DNA of 47,605 nucleotides from Promethearchaeota archaeon (lineage in GTDB: Archaea; Asgardarchaeota; Lokiarchaeia; Sigyniarchaeales; SOKP01), in the NCBI GenBank assembly GCA_016930515.1, contig JAFGGO010000045.1, positions 1 to 47,605 on the forward strand. The letters run 5' to 3'. The translations under genes were made by a program, and so were the position numbers. Positions 39,797-47,605 of the stretch are shown here, piece by piece. The notes under the pieces are model-generated. The model searched no databases, was not told the DNA's origin, and saw only the letters and a program-made list of their open reading frames with translations. Every line of letters starts with the position of its first letter. The first letter of the stretch is position 1.

Positions 39797-41134
39797 TTAT
39801 TTTAGAATTTCCATATAAGCACCTAATCGAGTTTTTACTTGTTCTATGTTTTCGCCTATCTTGTTAAAATTTATGTAAGTTATTGGAATTTCAAGTGTTC
39901 TTCGGACTTTTTCTCTTAACATGCTATAGCAATTTGATACTGAATGACAACCAAATAGCTGATTAAAAACCATACCGTCTACATTTAAACGCTCAGCAGT
40001 AGCTAAATACGAATCCGTAAGCGTGTTATTGTCACAACCAATCTTGCTTGTTGCGTTCGTTAAAAACTTAGCGTATTCTTGAATCGGGTCGTTATTTTTT
40101 GTAACGTTTACCTCTTCAAGAAGTCCAAATACATCCCAATCCGCGTAAATCGTTCTTGCACCCATCTCGTATAGAATATCTTGAGTTTCAGGCTCCCAAC
40201 CTCCAAACATTGGTGTTAGCATTATTCTTGGCATGTGAGATACATCCATTCCAATCCCTTTCCTCATTCTCTCTCGCATCTCTTTGACAAGATTTGCCAT
40301 ATTTTCAAGATATTGCTGGCTGTTTGAATTTAAGTCTTGGAACGAAATACTAATCAAGCTTAGAATGACGGCAAAAGTTGCAGGATTGCACGGATAAAAG
40401 TCGGAAGCACTAATTTCATACAGAATTGTTTTATAATAACGCTTGATTTGATTGCTTATTCTGAATTGTTTATTGAGGGAATTATCGGTAACATTATTTC
40501 CAGTAATTTCCTCTAAGTTTTGAATAGTTTTACGAAGTTGTTCAGCCAGTAATTCTTCTGAATTTCCAATATTTCTCGGAGGAATGTCAACCCAGAGTTG
40601 TTTAGGGACGAGTAATTTCAAGGATTCGTGATATTTGTTAAACGCACTACATCGAATGGTGAAGTACAAGCTAGCATCGACATTTTTTCCTTTTGAAACA
40701 TGCATTCCAAAAAGATTTTTAATTCCATAACAAAAATCACTTGATATCCCACTTTCAACGCCAAGATCGCACATTTCATTGTATTTAATATTAATCGATT
40801 TGATGACATCATCAAGGATTGTATCAAGGATTTTTAAAGCGTCAAATTGTTTTATAAATCCAAGTAATTTTGAAGTCAATCCCCAACCAAGAAAAGAAGA
40901 AGCTGAATTGAGCGCAACCAGGTATTGATTGAGAACAAACGATTCCATCCTTATAGGAAAAACAGGTACACCACCAGCTGCAAATACAAGATCTGAAAAG
41001 GGCAAAACGACCGAAATTAACTTCTTTTTTTCTCTAAACTTGAGTTTTTTAAGATAATCTCTACCCGATAAAAAATTATACGCCATCTTCAAGACCGAAG
41101 AAAAATTTACAACATCGTCTCCAAATGCGCTCAT
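39797..41134 (-). CDS. 2-hydroxyacyl-CoA dehydratase / benzoyl-CoA reductase-type subunit
   Basis: SDFCYG, IRC, VDGMVF....GCH, EQVKTRLGAY.E. Confidence 0.8.
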   Translation of the reverse strand: MSAFGDDVVNFSSVLKMAYNFLSGRDYLKKLKFREKKKLISVVLPFSDLVFAAGGVPVFPIRMESFVLNQYLVALNSASSFLGWGLTSKLLGFIKQFDALKILDTILDDVIKSINIKYNEMCDLGVESGISSDFCYGIKNLFGMHVSKGKNVDASLYFTIRCSAFNKYHESLKLLVPKQLWVDIPPRNIGNSEELLAEQLRKTIQNLEEITGNNVTDNSLNKQFRISNQIKRYYKTILYEISASDFYPCNPATFAVILSLISISFQDLNSNSQQYLENMANLVKEMRERMRKGIGMDVSHMPRIMLTPMFGGWEPETQDILYEMGARTIYADWDVFGLLEEVNVTKNNDPIQEYAKFLTNATSKIGCDNNTLTDSYLATAERLNVDGMVFNQLFGCHSVSNCYSMLREKVRRTLEIPITYINFNKIGENIEQVKTRLGAYMEILK

Positions 41135-41137
41135 TTA

Positions 41138-42280
41138 CTACATCATCTCCATAAACGCTTCTATTCTCGTAGAAAGTTGTCCTCGATTTGAACGGGAGTA
41201 ATCCCTTTCCAGATTTAAAACCCTAATGTCTCGGTCTTGCAATTTTTGTTTCAAAAAGGTTTGAAATATATTAATATGATCGCAAAACTTAATGATGTGA
41301 TTGATGACACCAACTTTTCCGTTATCTTTTTTTGCGTACTTTTTTACTAAATTATCTAAAAAGTTCACCTTGTTCTCAAGGAAGTTTGGAACGAAATGAT
41401 CACCCTGAAGGTTTTCAGCAAACCTTTTCACGAATAGGTCAATAGGATCTTGAACATTAGTATAATCGCTTTCTTGCAAAACATCTGAGTAATAATTGCT
41501 ACCAATCCAGGTGTCGAAAAAAACAACATTTCCACCCGAATCTTCGATAAGATCTATGAGGTAATCTCCAATAAAAATCGAACAGCCCGTAAATATTATA
41601 CTAACAACATTATTTTCATGTTCCTGAAAATCAGTTTTTTCTAGCTTTTGAAGGATCTTAGAAATTTCGTCAGAGAAGGCAGGTCCATATAATATTGCTT
41701 TCTGTATTAATTTTAATTTTTCAGCACTTCTTATTTTTAGATCGTGCAATTTAGCAATTTTTTTCTTGAAGATATCGTATTTTTTCAAGCTGGCGATAAT
41801 CTCTTCGCTTGAAATCGCTTTTCCCGATATTTTTTCCAATTGCTCCTTCAAATCTAATAATTCTAATTTGAGATATTTAAGCGCTTCGGTAGTTTGGGTA
41901 TAGGAAACAAAAAAGTTTATTCTTGGTATGTTAAAATATTTCGTGATGATTTCCGAGCAGCAAGCATCTGAAACGCAATGATTAGATACGATAAAAAAAT
42001 CGACTAAATCTAAAAACTTGAACGCGTTAGGTTTTGAAGAAAACAAACCAATACAGGATTGTGCGAAACTGCAGGTAGAAGGTGGTAGATAATCATTGCT
42101 AATATTCATTAATTCGTCGTTGCCTGCAAACATCATGCGTAATGGAATCATTCCAAAAGCGTCAATCAATTCTTCTGGTACATTATCATGTCCCATGAAG
42201 GCTACGATTTTTTTATTTCCTTGAATTTTTTGTTCTTTTAAGTATTCGTAATACTCTAAAAGAAGTTCCGTATCGTTCAT
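41138..42280 (-). CDS. 2-hydroxyacyl-CoA dehydratase subunit (HgdB-like)
   Basis: VPEELIDAFG, TCSF, NHC, KFCD, GQLSTRIEAFMEM. Confidence 0.85.
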   Translation of the reverse strand: MNDTELLLEYYEYLKEQKIQGNKKIVAFMGHDNVPEELIDAFGMIPLRMMFAGNDELMNISNDYLPPSTCSFAQSCIGLFSSKPNAFKFLDLVDFFIVSNHCVSDACCSEIITKYFNIPRINFFVSYTQTTEALKYLKLELLDLKEQLEKISGKAISSEEIIASLKKYDIFKKKIAKLHDLKIRSAEKLKLIQKAILYGPAFSDEISKILQKLEKTDFQEHENNVVSIIFTGCSIFIGDYLIDLIEDSGGNVVFFDTWIGSNYYSDVLQESDYTNVQDPIDLFVKRFAENLQGDHFVPNFLENKVNFLDNLVKKYAKKDNGKVGVINHIIKFCDHINIFQTFLKQKLQDRDIRVLNLERDYSRSNRGQLSTRIEAFMEMM

Positions 42281-42376
42281 TGTATAATATCATTTGAAAA
42301 GTTTAGTGATAAAGGGGATAATAATTCAAAAAATTTATTATTATTACTACTATTAAAATGAATAAAAGTCAAGAGC

Positions 42377-43153
42377 TTATTTGCTTTTATTATCTTGAGC
42401 TATGAGAGCCGCACCTATAGCTCCAGTGAGTTGTGGTTGTTCTGGTGTCACGATACTAAAGCCTAATTCTTCTTCAAGATATTGCTTTACCGCAACATTT
42501 TTCGCAACTCCACCGCAAAAAACCAGTAATGGACAAACACCTATACGCTTTGCCATTCCTGCAACCCTTCGCGCAATCGATTTGTGGATACCACTCGCAA
42601 TGTCTTGTTTCGAAGTACCACGAGCAAAGAGCGATATAACCTCACTTTCAGCAAAAACAGTACAAGTAGAGCTTATTGATGCGGGAGAATTGGATTTTAA
42701 GGCCAAAGATCCTATATCCTCAATTGATACTTCCAATGCGTGTGCCATGACTTCGAGAAAACGCCCTGTTCCTGCTGCGCACTTATCGTTCATTTGAAAG
42801 TCAATGACATTGCCAGTTTTTTTTGACATTACAATCGCCTTGCTGTCTTGGCCACCAATATCTATAACCGAAGCTGCTTCAGGATAAAAGAATTGCACCC
42901 CTTTTGCGTGAGCGGTTATTTCCGTTATTCGATCGTCAGCAATATCGATGGAATTTCTTCCGTATCCAGTAGACATCACATAAACATCGCTTCTTTTGAG
43001 ATTATTTTTTTCTAAAAGATCTTTAAATAGATCTCCTCCAATTCGCTTGAAATCGTAAGTCGATCTATCAACACGATGATCGACTAGTTTTCTGCCATCC
43101 ATCAAAACAAGCTTGCTCGCTAGCGAGCCAATATCTATTCCTACGCTTAACAT
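42377..43153 (-). CDS. CoA-substrate-specific enzyme activase (HgdC/BadG-type ATP-dependent activator)
   Basis: GIDIGS, TGYGR, IDIGGQDSK, MNDKCAAGTGRFLE, STCTVFAESE, GGVAKN. Confidence 0.95.
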   Translation of the reverse strand: MLSVGIDIGSLASKLVLMDGRKLVDHRVDRSTYDFKRIGGDLFKDLLEKNNLKRSDVYVMSTGYGRNSIDIADDRITEITAHAKGVQFFYPEAASVIDIGGQDSKAIVMSKKTGNVIDFQMNDKCAAGTGRFLEVMAHALEVSIEDIGSLALKSNSPASISSTCTVFAESEVISLFARGTSKQDIASGIHKSIARRVAGMAKRIGVCPLLVFCGGVAKNVAVKQYLEEELGFSIVTPEQPQLTGAIGAALIAQDNKSK

Positions 43154-43379
43154 TTGTTTGACACTAAATACTTAATTTTCTTTATCAGTAATCGTTTATT
43201 CATTAAATATTCAAAAAGTATTAAACTTGTTGTAATGAATATTCTATAGTTTTTCGTTCTTTCAAAAATCTAATAATTTTTAATCAATGATCTCGTTGAG
43301 ATTTTTAATATCCACATTTGGAAATATTAAATATAAGTTGAATAAAAATATGGATGTTTTTATCGTTTTAAGCTGTAAA

Positions 43380-44125
43380 TTACCCTAAAAATATAATTAT
43401 GATCACCATGGTTAACACAAAAGCAAAAAGCATCTGTAATATATTTTTTATTATGGACTCTTTTGAAATTCTTCCAAGAAAAATCCCCAATAATACGATA
43501 GACAATACAATTATAATGAACGATACTATGAATATTATCACGCTAGCACTGGCAACTATGAAGAAAGGAATTAACGGAACTAGTCCTCCTAAAAACGGGG
43601 ATCCTCCATTTACAATGGCCACGATGATTCCCGCAAAGCTTTCAGCCTTGTGATGAAGTGTTTTTATTTTTCTTTCTTTTTTCTCCTTCTTCTGAGAAAG
43701 GGTTAGTTTTACGGGCTTCAACATTGCTTTTTCAATCTCGTTAGCTTGTAGGTCAATGTCAATTCTCTCCTCCGCTTCCTCTTCTCGTTCCACGATTCCC
43801 ATTGCTTTTTGTAAATCGGCTTCACTTTTTTTTTGTTCTGCTCTTTCGGATAAATAAGACCCAGATAAGCCAGATATGAACATTGAAATAGCCGTTCCTA
43901 ATCCAGTTAATATCACATAAGCCGAAGGTATAGTTGGTTGGGTGGGATCTTTAAGTACGACGACAAAGAATCCCAATAATATTCCTAATACTGTTAGGTT
44001 TATGGTTAATAGAGAGAATTCTCACATCAATTTCCATCGTAAAAATTATTGATAAAATACCTTCGAGCCACTGCTGAGTAATCGGTTATTTCGTTATAAA
44101 TTCTTAATTTTTTTATAAATGACAT
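43380..44125 (-). CDS. VIT1/CCC1-family (archaeal TIGR00267-like) Fe/Mn transporter, split into exon 1 (44125-44032) and exon 2 (43999-43380); 237 aa if spliced
   Basis: Exon 1 reads MSFIKKLRIYNEITDYSAVARRYFINNFYDG; exon 2 continues LTVLGILLG...AISMFISGLSGSYLSERAE...GGLVPLIPF, typical VIT1 motifs. Confidence 0.85.
44000..44031 (-). other. Putative 32-nt bulge-helix-bulge (BHB) intron in a protein-coding gene
   Basis: Central 4-bp helix ATGG/CCAT, a 3-nt AAA bulge on each strand, inner helix TTGAT/ATTAA capped by GAG-AATT-CTC, outer helix TTACG/CCTAA; canonical excision gives in-frame GAT GGA AAC CTA. Confidence 0.8.
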
Positions 44126-44305
44126 TTTTAATTAAAAATATGATGACTTTAAATTCAATTAATTTGGATAGGATAAAAATCTTATTAAAGCGGATTTTAT
44201 GTAAGACAGGTGTTATTTAAAAATTTTTATAACTTAACTCATAAAAACTATTATTTTTATTGGTCTTTTTGTATATTATATATAAAATTAAAAAATCTGT
44301 TAATA

Positions 44306-44938
44306 ATGAACAAATTCAAAGAACAATTGATAACGATGCTCATCGAGCATTCAAGGATCATTTATTCCGTTATAAGCGAAATGGGAGTATATTACTCGAA
44401 TTGGGCGGAAAATGGCCAAGAAGAAGCTGAAAACTTGGAAAAAAAGCAAAATAAAATACAATTATTGGAAGAAGACGGAGATAGCATAAAGATACGCTTG
44501 ATCAAAGAGTTTTCGGAAGCGGGAGCACAAGGACTAGGAGGATATGTGGAACTCCTTCTAAAGATGGACAACCTAGTTAATTCAGCGATAGAATTCGTTG
44601 AAGCAATTAGTCATATTAGTGCAAAAATAAATGAAGAAATTAAAAGTCGCTATCATAAGTTAATAAATACTATAATCGAAATGGCAGATGTTTTAAAAGC
44701 TACGATAAAAAGTTTAAGAGATAAACCCGAAATCGTGTTTAAAAATACGACAAAGATTCACGAAATGGAAAATAATATTGATAAAATATTTCGGGAATTT
44801 ATGAATTACATTTACGATGACAAGGCATTGGACATCAGATTGCTTCTGAGAATTCGAGATAGTATCATTATTTTAGAAGAATTGGCGGATCGAATGCATG
44901 ATATAGCCGATCTCATTCGCGTTCTCGTTTATCAATAA
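44306..44938 (+). CDS. DUF47 / PhoU-like helical-repeat protein
   Basis: IQLLEEDGDSIK...MDNL and IHEMENNIDKI...LEELADRMHDIAD repeats; ATG 44306 preferred over upstream GTG. Confidence 0.85.
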   Translation: MNKFKEQLITMLIEHSRIIYSVISEMGVYYSNWAENGQEEAENLEKKQNKIQLLEEDGDSIKIRLIKEFSEAGAQGLGGYVELLLKMDNLVNSAIEFVEAISHISAKINEEIKSRYHKLINTIIEMADVLKATIKSLRDKPEIVFKNTTKIHEMENNIDKIFREFMNYIYDDKALDIRLLLRIRDSIIILEELADRMHDIADLIRVLVYQ

Positions 44939-45117
44939 GAAGAAATTATACAATATTCTTTTTTAATGCGTTTTTTTCAAATCATAAGACATAGATTTTT
45001 TAAATTAAATTTTATGAACTTATTATGCATTTTTCTCTTATTTTTCGTAGTAACCTTTTTACGGAATTTTTTCTTTTATTTATTTAAATTACAATACTTT
45101 TAGAAAATGAAAGCATC

Positions 45118-45462
45118 ATGAATACAAAAAGAAAATTTGGAATATCGATCCTATTGCTTCAAATATTGCTAGTGGTTTTAGTTTATCTAACGGTCGATAA
45201 ATTTATTACACCCGTAGCTGCCCAAACAACCCAAACTGATTCAGGAACATCAATGGCTTTAGCCATCTCTGCTGGTTTATCAATAGGGTTATCAGCTATT
45301 GGTTCGGGCTTAGCTTTAAAGACCGTTGCTACAGCGGCCGTTTCTGCAATAACGGAACGAGAAGGTGCATTTGGAAAAATCTTAGTATTAGTAGCTTTGG
45401 CTGAAACCTTGGCGATTTATGGATTAATTGTTAGCATCTTGCTTTGGACAAAAATTCCTTGA
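45118..45462 (+). CDS. atpK: A/V-type ATP synthase proteolipid subunit K (c)
   Basis: AGLSIGLSAIGSG...LVALAETLAIYGLIVSILL; extra N-terminal hydrophobic segment. Confidence 0.92.
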   Translation: MNTKRKFGISILLLQILLVVLVYLTVDKFITPVAAQTTQTDSGTSMALAISAGLSIGLSAIGSGLALKTVATAAVSAITEREGAFGKILVLVALAETLAIYGLIVSILLWTKIP

Positions 45463-45520
45463 TCAATCTTCAAGTTAAATTAAAAACAATTAAAGAATTT
45501 ATTAGCGGGGTTTAAAGAAA

Positions 45521-46579
45521 ACGAGCATCATAATTCCAAGCTATGCCTATACTCATGTCAAGATTGGATTTTTCAAGCAATTAATCATGGATGAGACCTC
45601 GCTTTTAAAACTTCGAAAAATAAGAGATGGACAAGAATTTATTGATTTTATAAAGCCTTTTTATCCGACTTTAGAAATAAAAGATTTGATCATTGAAGAA
45701 TTAGAAAGGGCAGTTTATAATGCATATATTAAAATTATTGGTAAATTAATGCATGTCTCACCACCTAACATGCGTAATTTTCTTAGAACTTATCTTTATA
45801 AATATGAGATTTTGAATATCAAGGAAATAATTCTTGGATCTATTGTTGGAATGAGTGCTAAAGAAAAATCAAAAAATATCAATTTTTTAATAGAAGAATA
45901 CCTTGAAAATACGAAATTTATTAAAGATCTTATCAAAATTCAAAGCTTAGAAGAAATACAATTGTTTTTGAAAGGTACTAAATACGGAAAAGTTGTAAAA
46001 GAAGGCATCTTATATTACCGTAATACAAACGAAGTTTTTGTATTAGAAGCATTTTTGGATCGTTTATATTATGAGATGCTAATAACCGAAAAACTTCTCT
46101 ATAATAGAAAAGAAAGCGAAATCATTAACACATTCATCGATTTTGCAATAGAAATATATAATCTTAAAGTGATTTATCGAGGCGTTATCAATAAAATTGA
46201 TAAGAATTTATTACGTCAACTTATTGTTGGGAACTATTTTTTCTTAGATAGAGAAAAAATTGAAGTATTAATAGCACAGAAAAATATTGATGAATTTTTA
46301 AAACAATTCGAATTTTTCCTACGAAAATCGATTCATATAAAATATCTGTTAGATCAAATTAATATACGACGAGAACATTTTGTATGGTCTGTTGAGGCTT
46401 TATACTCAGAATTTATAATGAAAAAATTTCATATGAATAGAGGAGATATTGCACAATCAACGATATACAGAATAATTGAGTTGATAATAAAAAAAGAAAA
46501 AGAAATTCGATTTGCGATTCTTCCAACTGTGATTAATATCTTTCACGAAAAATACGAAAAAATGGAATCTAGAGGATAG
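45521..46579 (+). CDS. atpC: A/V-type ATP synthase subunit C (d)
   Basis: YAY-type N-terminus upstream of the first ATG (45587), KYEILNIK, GTKY, LEAFLDRLYY, EIYNLK; proposed ACG start at 45521. Confidence 0.85.
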   Translation, partial: TSIIIPSYAYTHVKIGFFKQLIMDETSLLKLRKIRDGQEFIDFIKPFYPTLEIKDLIIEELERAVYNAYIKIIGKLMHVSPPNMRNFLRTYLYKYEILNIKEIILGSIVGMSAKEKSKNINFLIEEYLENTKFIKDLIKIQSLEEIQLFLKGTKYGKVVKEGILYYRNTNEVFVLEAFLDRLYYEMLITEKLLYNRKESEIINTFIDFAIEIYNLKVIYRGVINKIDKNLLRQLIVGNYFFLDREKIEVLIAQKNIDEFLKQFEFFLRKSIHIKYLLDQINIRREHFVWSVEALYSEFIMKKFHMNRGDIAQSTIYRIIELIIKKEKEIRFAILPTVINIFHEKYEKMESRG

Positions 46580-46593
46580 AGGGATATAAAAAC

Positions 46594-46911
46594 ATGGATA
46601 TATTCAATTGGGTTGATGAAATTGAGAAAGTATATCAAGAACTAGTTGATAAAGCTAGGCTTGAAAACCAGGTAGAAATTGAGAATTATCAAAAACAACA
46701 GAAAGAGATGTTAAAAACAATACATGATAAAAACGACGAATTTATAAAATCAAATATCGATTCGCTCTTAGAAGAATTAAAACAGGGTGTGCAAATTTTT
46801 GATAATCAAATAATAAAAGCCCTTGAAGATATCAAGCAAGAATATCAAAAACAAAAAAAAATAGTGATTAATAACATTATTCATAAGCTTGGATTTGATT
46901 TTAATGGTTGA
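46594..46911 (+). CDS. Probable A-type ATP synthase peripheral-stalk subunit H/G
   Basis: 105-aa charged helical protein inside the ATP synthase operon. Confidence 0.65.
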   Translation: MDIFNWVDEIEKVYQELVDKARLENQVEIENYQKQQKEMLKTIHDKNDEFIKSNIDSLLEELKQGVQIFDNQIIKALEDIKQEYQKQKKIVINNIIHKLGFDFNG

Positions 46912-47224
46912 TCAAGAAATACACGTTATAGGAACCGACGATCTCGTCATTTTATTTGGATTAATTGGAGTTAATGGTACTATCATTAAAGAAGAATCTG
47001 AATTTTTACCACTTTTCAAGGATTTAACTGAAAGACCTTCAATAGGGATGATAATAGTTGCATTCGATTTAACTCAACAATTGGTGGAATTTATAGTAGA
47101 TTTCAAACTAAATAATAGAACTCCATTTATATACTATTTACCAGACATATTTAAACCTAATATTGAGATAAATGATGCGTTCTGGAACCATATCACGACT
47201 TCAATTAAAAAATTAATTATATAG
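46904..47224 (+). CDS. atpF: A/V-type ATP synthase subunit F
   Basis: IHVIGTDDLVILFGLIG, IGMIIV, YLPD. Confidence 0.88.
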   Translation: MVDQEIHVIGTDDLVILFGLIGVNGTIIKEESEFLPLFKDLTERPSIGMIIVAFDLTQQLVEFIVDFKLNNRTPFIYYLPDIFKPNIEINDAFWNHITTSIKKLII

Positions 47225-47237
47225 GAGGGGAGAACAC

Positions 47238-47605
47238 ATTACTGACGATAAAAATTTAAAAGAGAACTTTGGAAATCTTGGAATTTACATGATAGATCAA
47301 GCAAAAAACGAGATCAGAGAATTAAATCAAAAAACATTATTTCAAAAAGCAGAAATTAAAAAAAAATATAGAGAAGAATTAGTCCTTGATATCCAGAAAT
47401 CTCGGGATTATTTTGAAGAATATGCAAATGAAATTCTCAATAACTCCTTATCTACAACTCTTATAGAAATGAATCAAAAATTTCTTGATTTAAAATTAAA
47501 ATTAGTTAAAGAACTAAACGATAGCGTTGTTAACGAGTTAGAGAAGAAAATTAAAGAAAATTACGATAATTATATTACATTTCTTATTGATAATATAAGA
47601 AATCA
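47238..47605 (+). CDS. atpE: A/V-type ATP synthase subunit E, partial (runs off the window end)
   Basis: Open frame (I/M)TDDKNLKENFGNLGIYMIDQAKNEIRE..., long charged helix after atpF; SD GGAGGGG then ATT. Confidence 0.7.
   Translation, partial: MTDDKNLKENFGNLGIYMIDQAKNEIRELNQKTLFQKAEIKKKYREELVLDIQKSRDYFEEYANEILNNSLSTTLIEMNQKFLDLKLKLVKELNDSVVNELEKKIKENYDNYITFLIDNIRN

Noticed and set aside
1-47605. tRNA, rRNA or transposase genes
   Set aside because: No cloverleaf, rRNA-like GC-rich tract or transposase motif was recognised by eye; a covariance-model scan was not possible.

Overview
AT-rich archaeal chromosomal segment. The gene content points to an Asgard archaeon, most likely Lokiarchaeia (inference): A/V-type ATP synthase, HdrABC, tungsten AOR, WD40-TIR, arrestin-like and Zn-finger proteins, and GGTGA-type SD sites. 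The window holds a GNAT fragment, a repeat-flanked surface repeat protein, an epimerase plus remnant, msrB, WD40-TIR, a catalytically dead alpha/beta-hydrolase with a decayed copy, a heterodimeric ABC exporter, an SDR, gapN, a GlcD/GlcF-like cluster, a 12-gene sulfur-carrier/Hdr operon, guaA, aor, an HgdABC-like system, a VIT1/CCC1 transporter, DUF47 and the start of the ATP synthase operon. Three things stand out. (1) The VIT1/CCC1 gene is split by a 32-nt insert that folds into a canonical bulge-helix-bulge, and canonical cleavage restores the frame exactly, so it is a candidate endonuclease-spliced mRNA intron. (2) The tusA-dsrEFH-dsrE2-hdrCBA-mvhD operon has no intact hydrogenase large subunit. 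It encodes an MvhG fused to a vestigial MvhA, and an FrhB with a whole GltD/NfnB domain inserted inside it. (3) Seven SD-led genes appear to start at near-cognate codons (ATC/ATT/ATA/ACG). All family assignments come from motif recognition; no database search was run.
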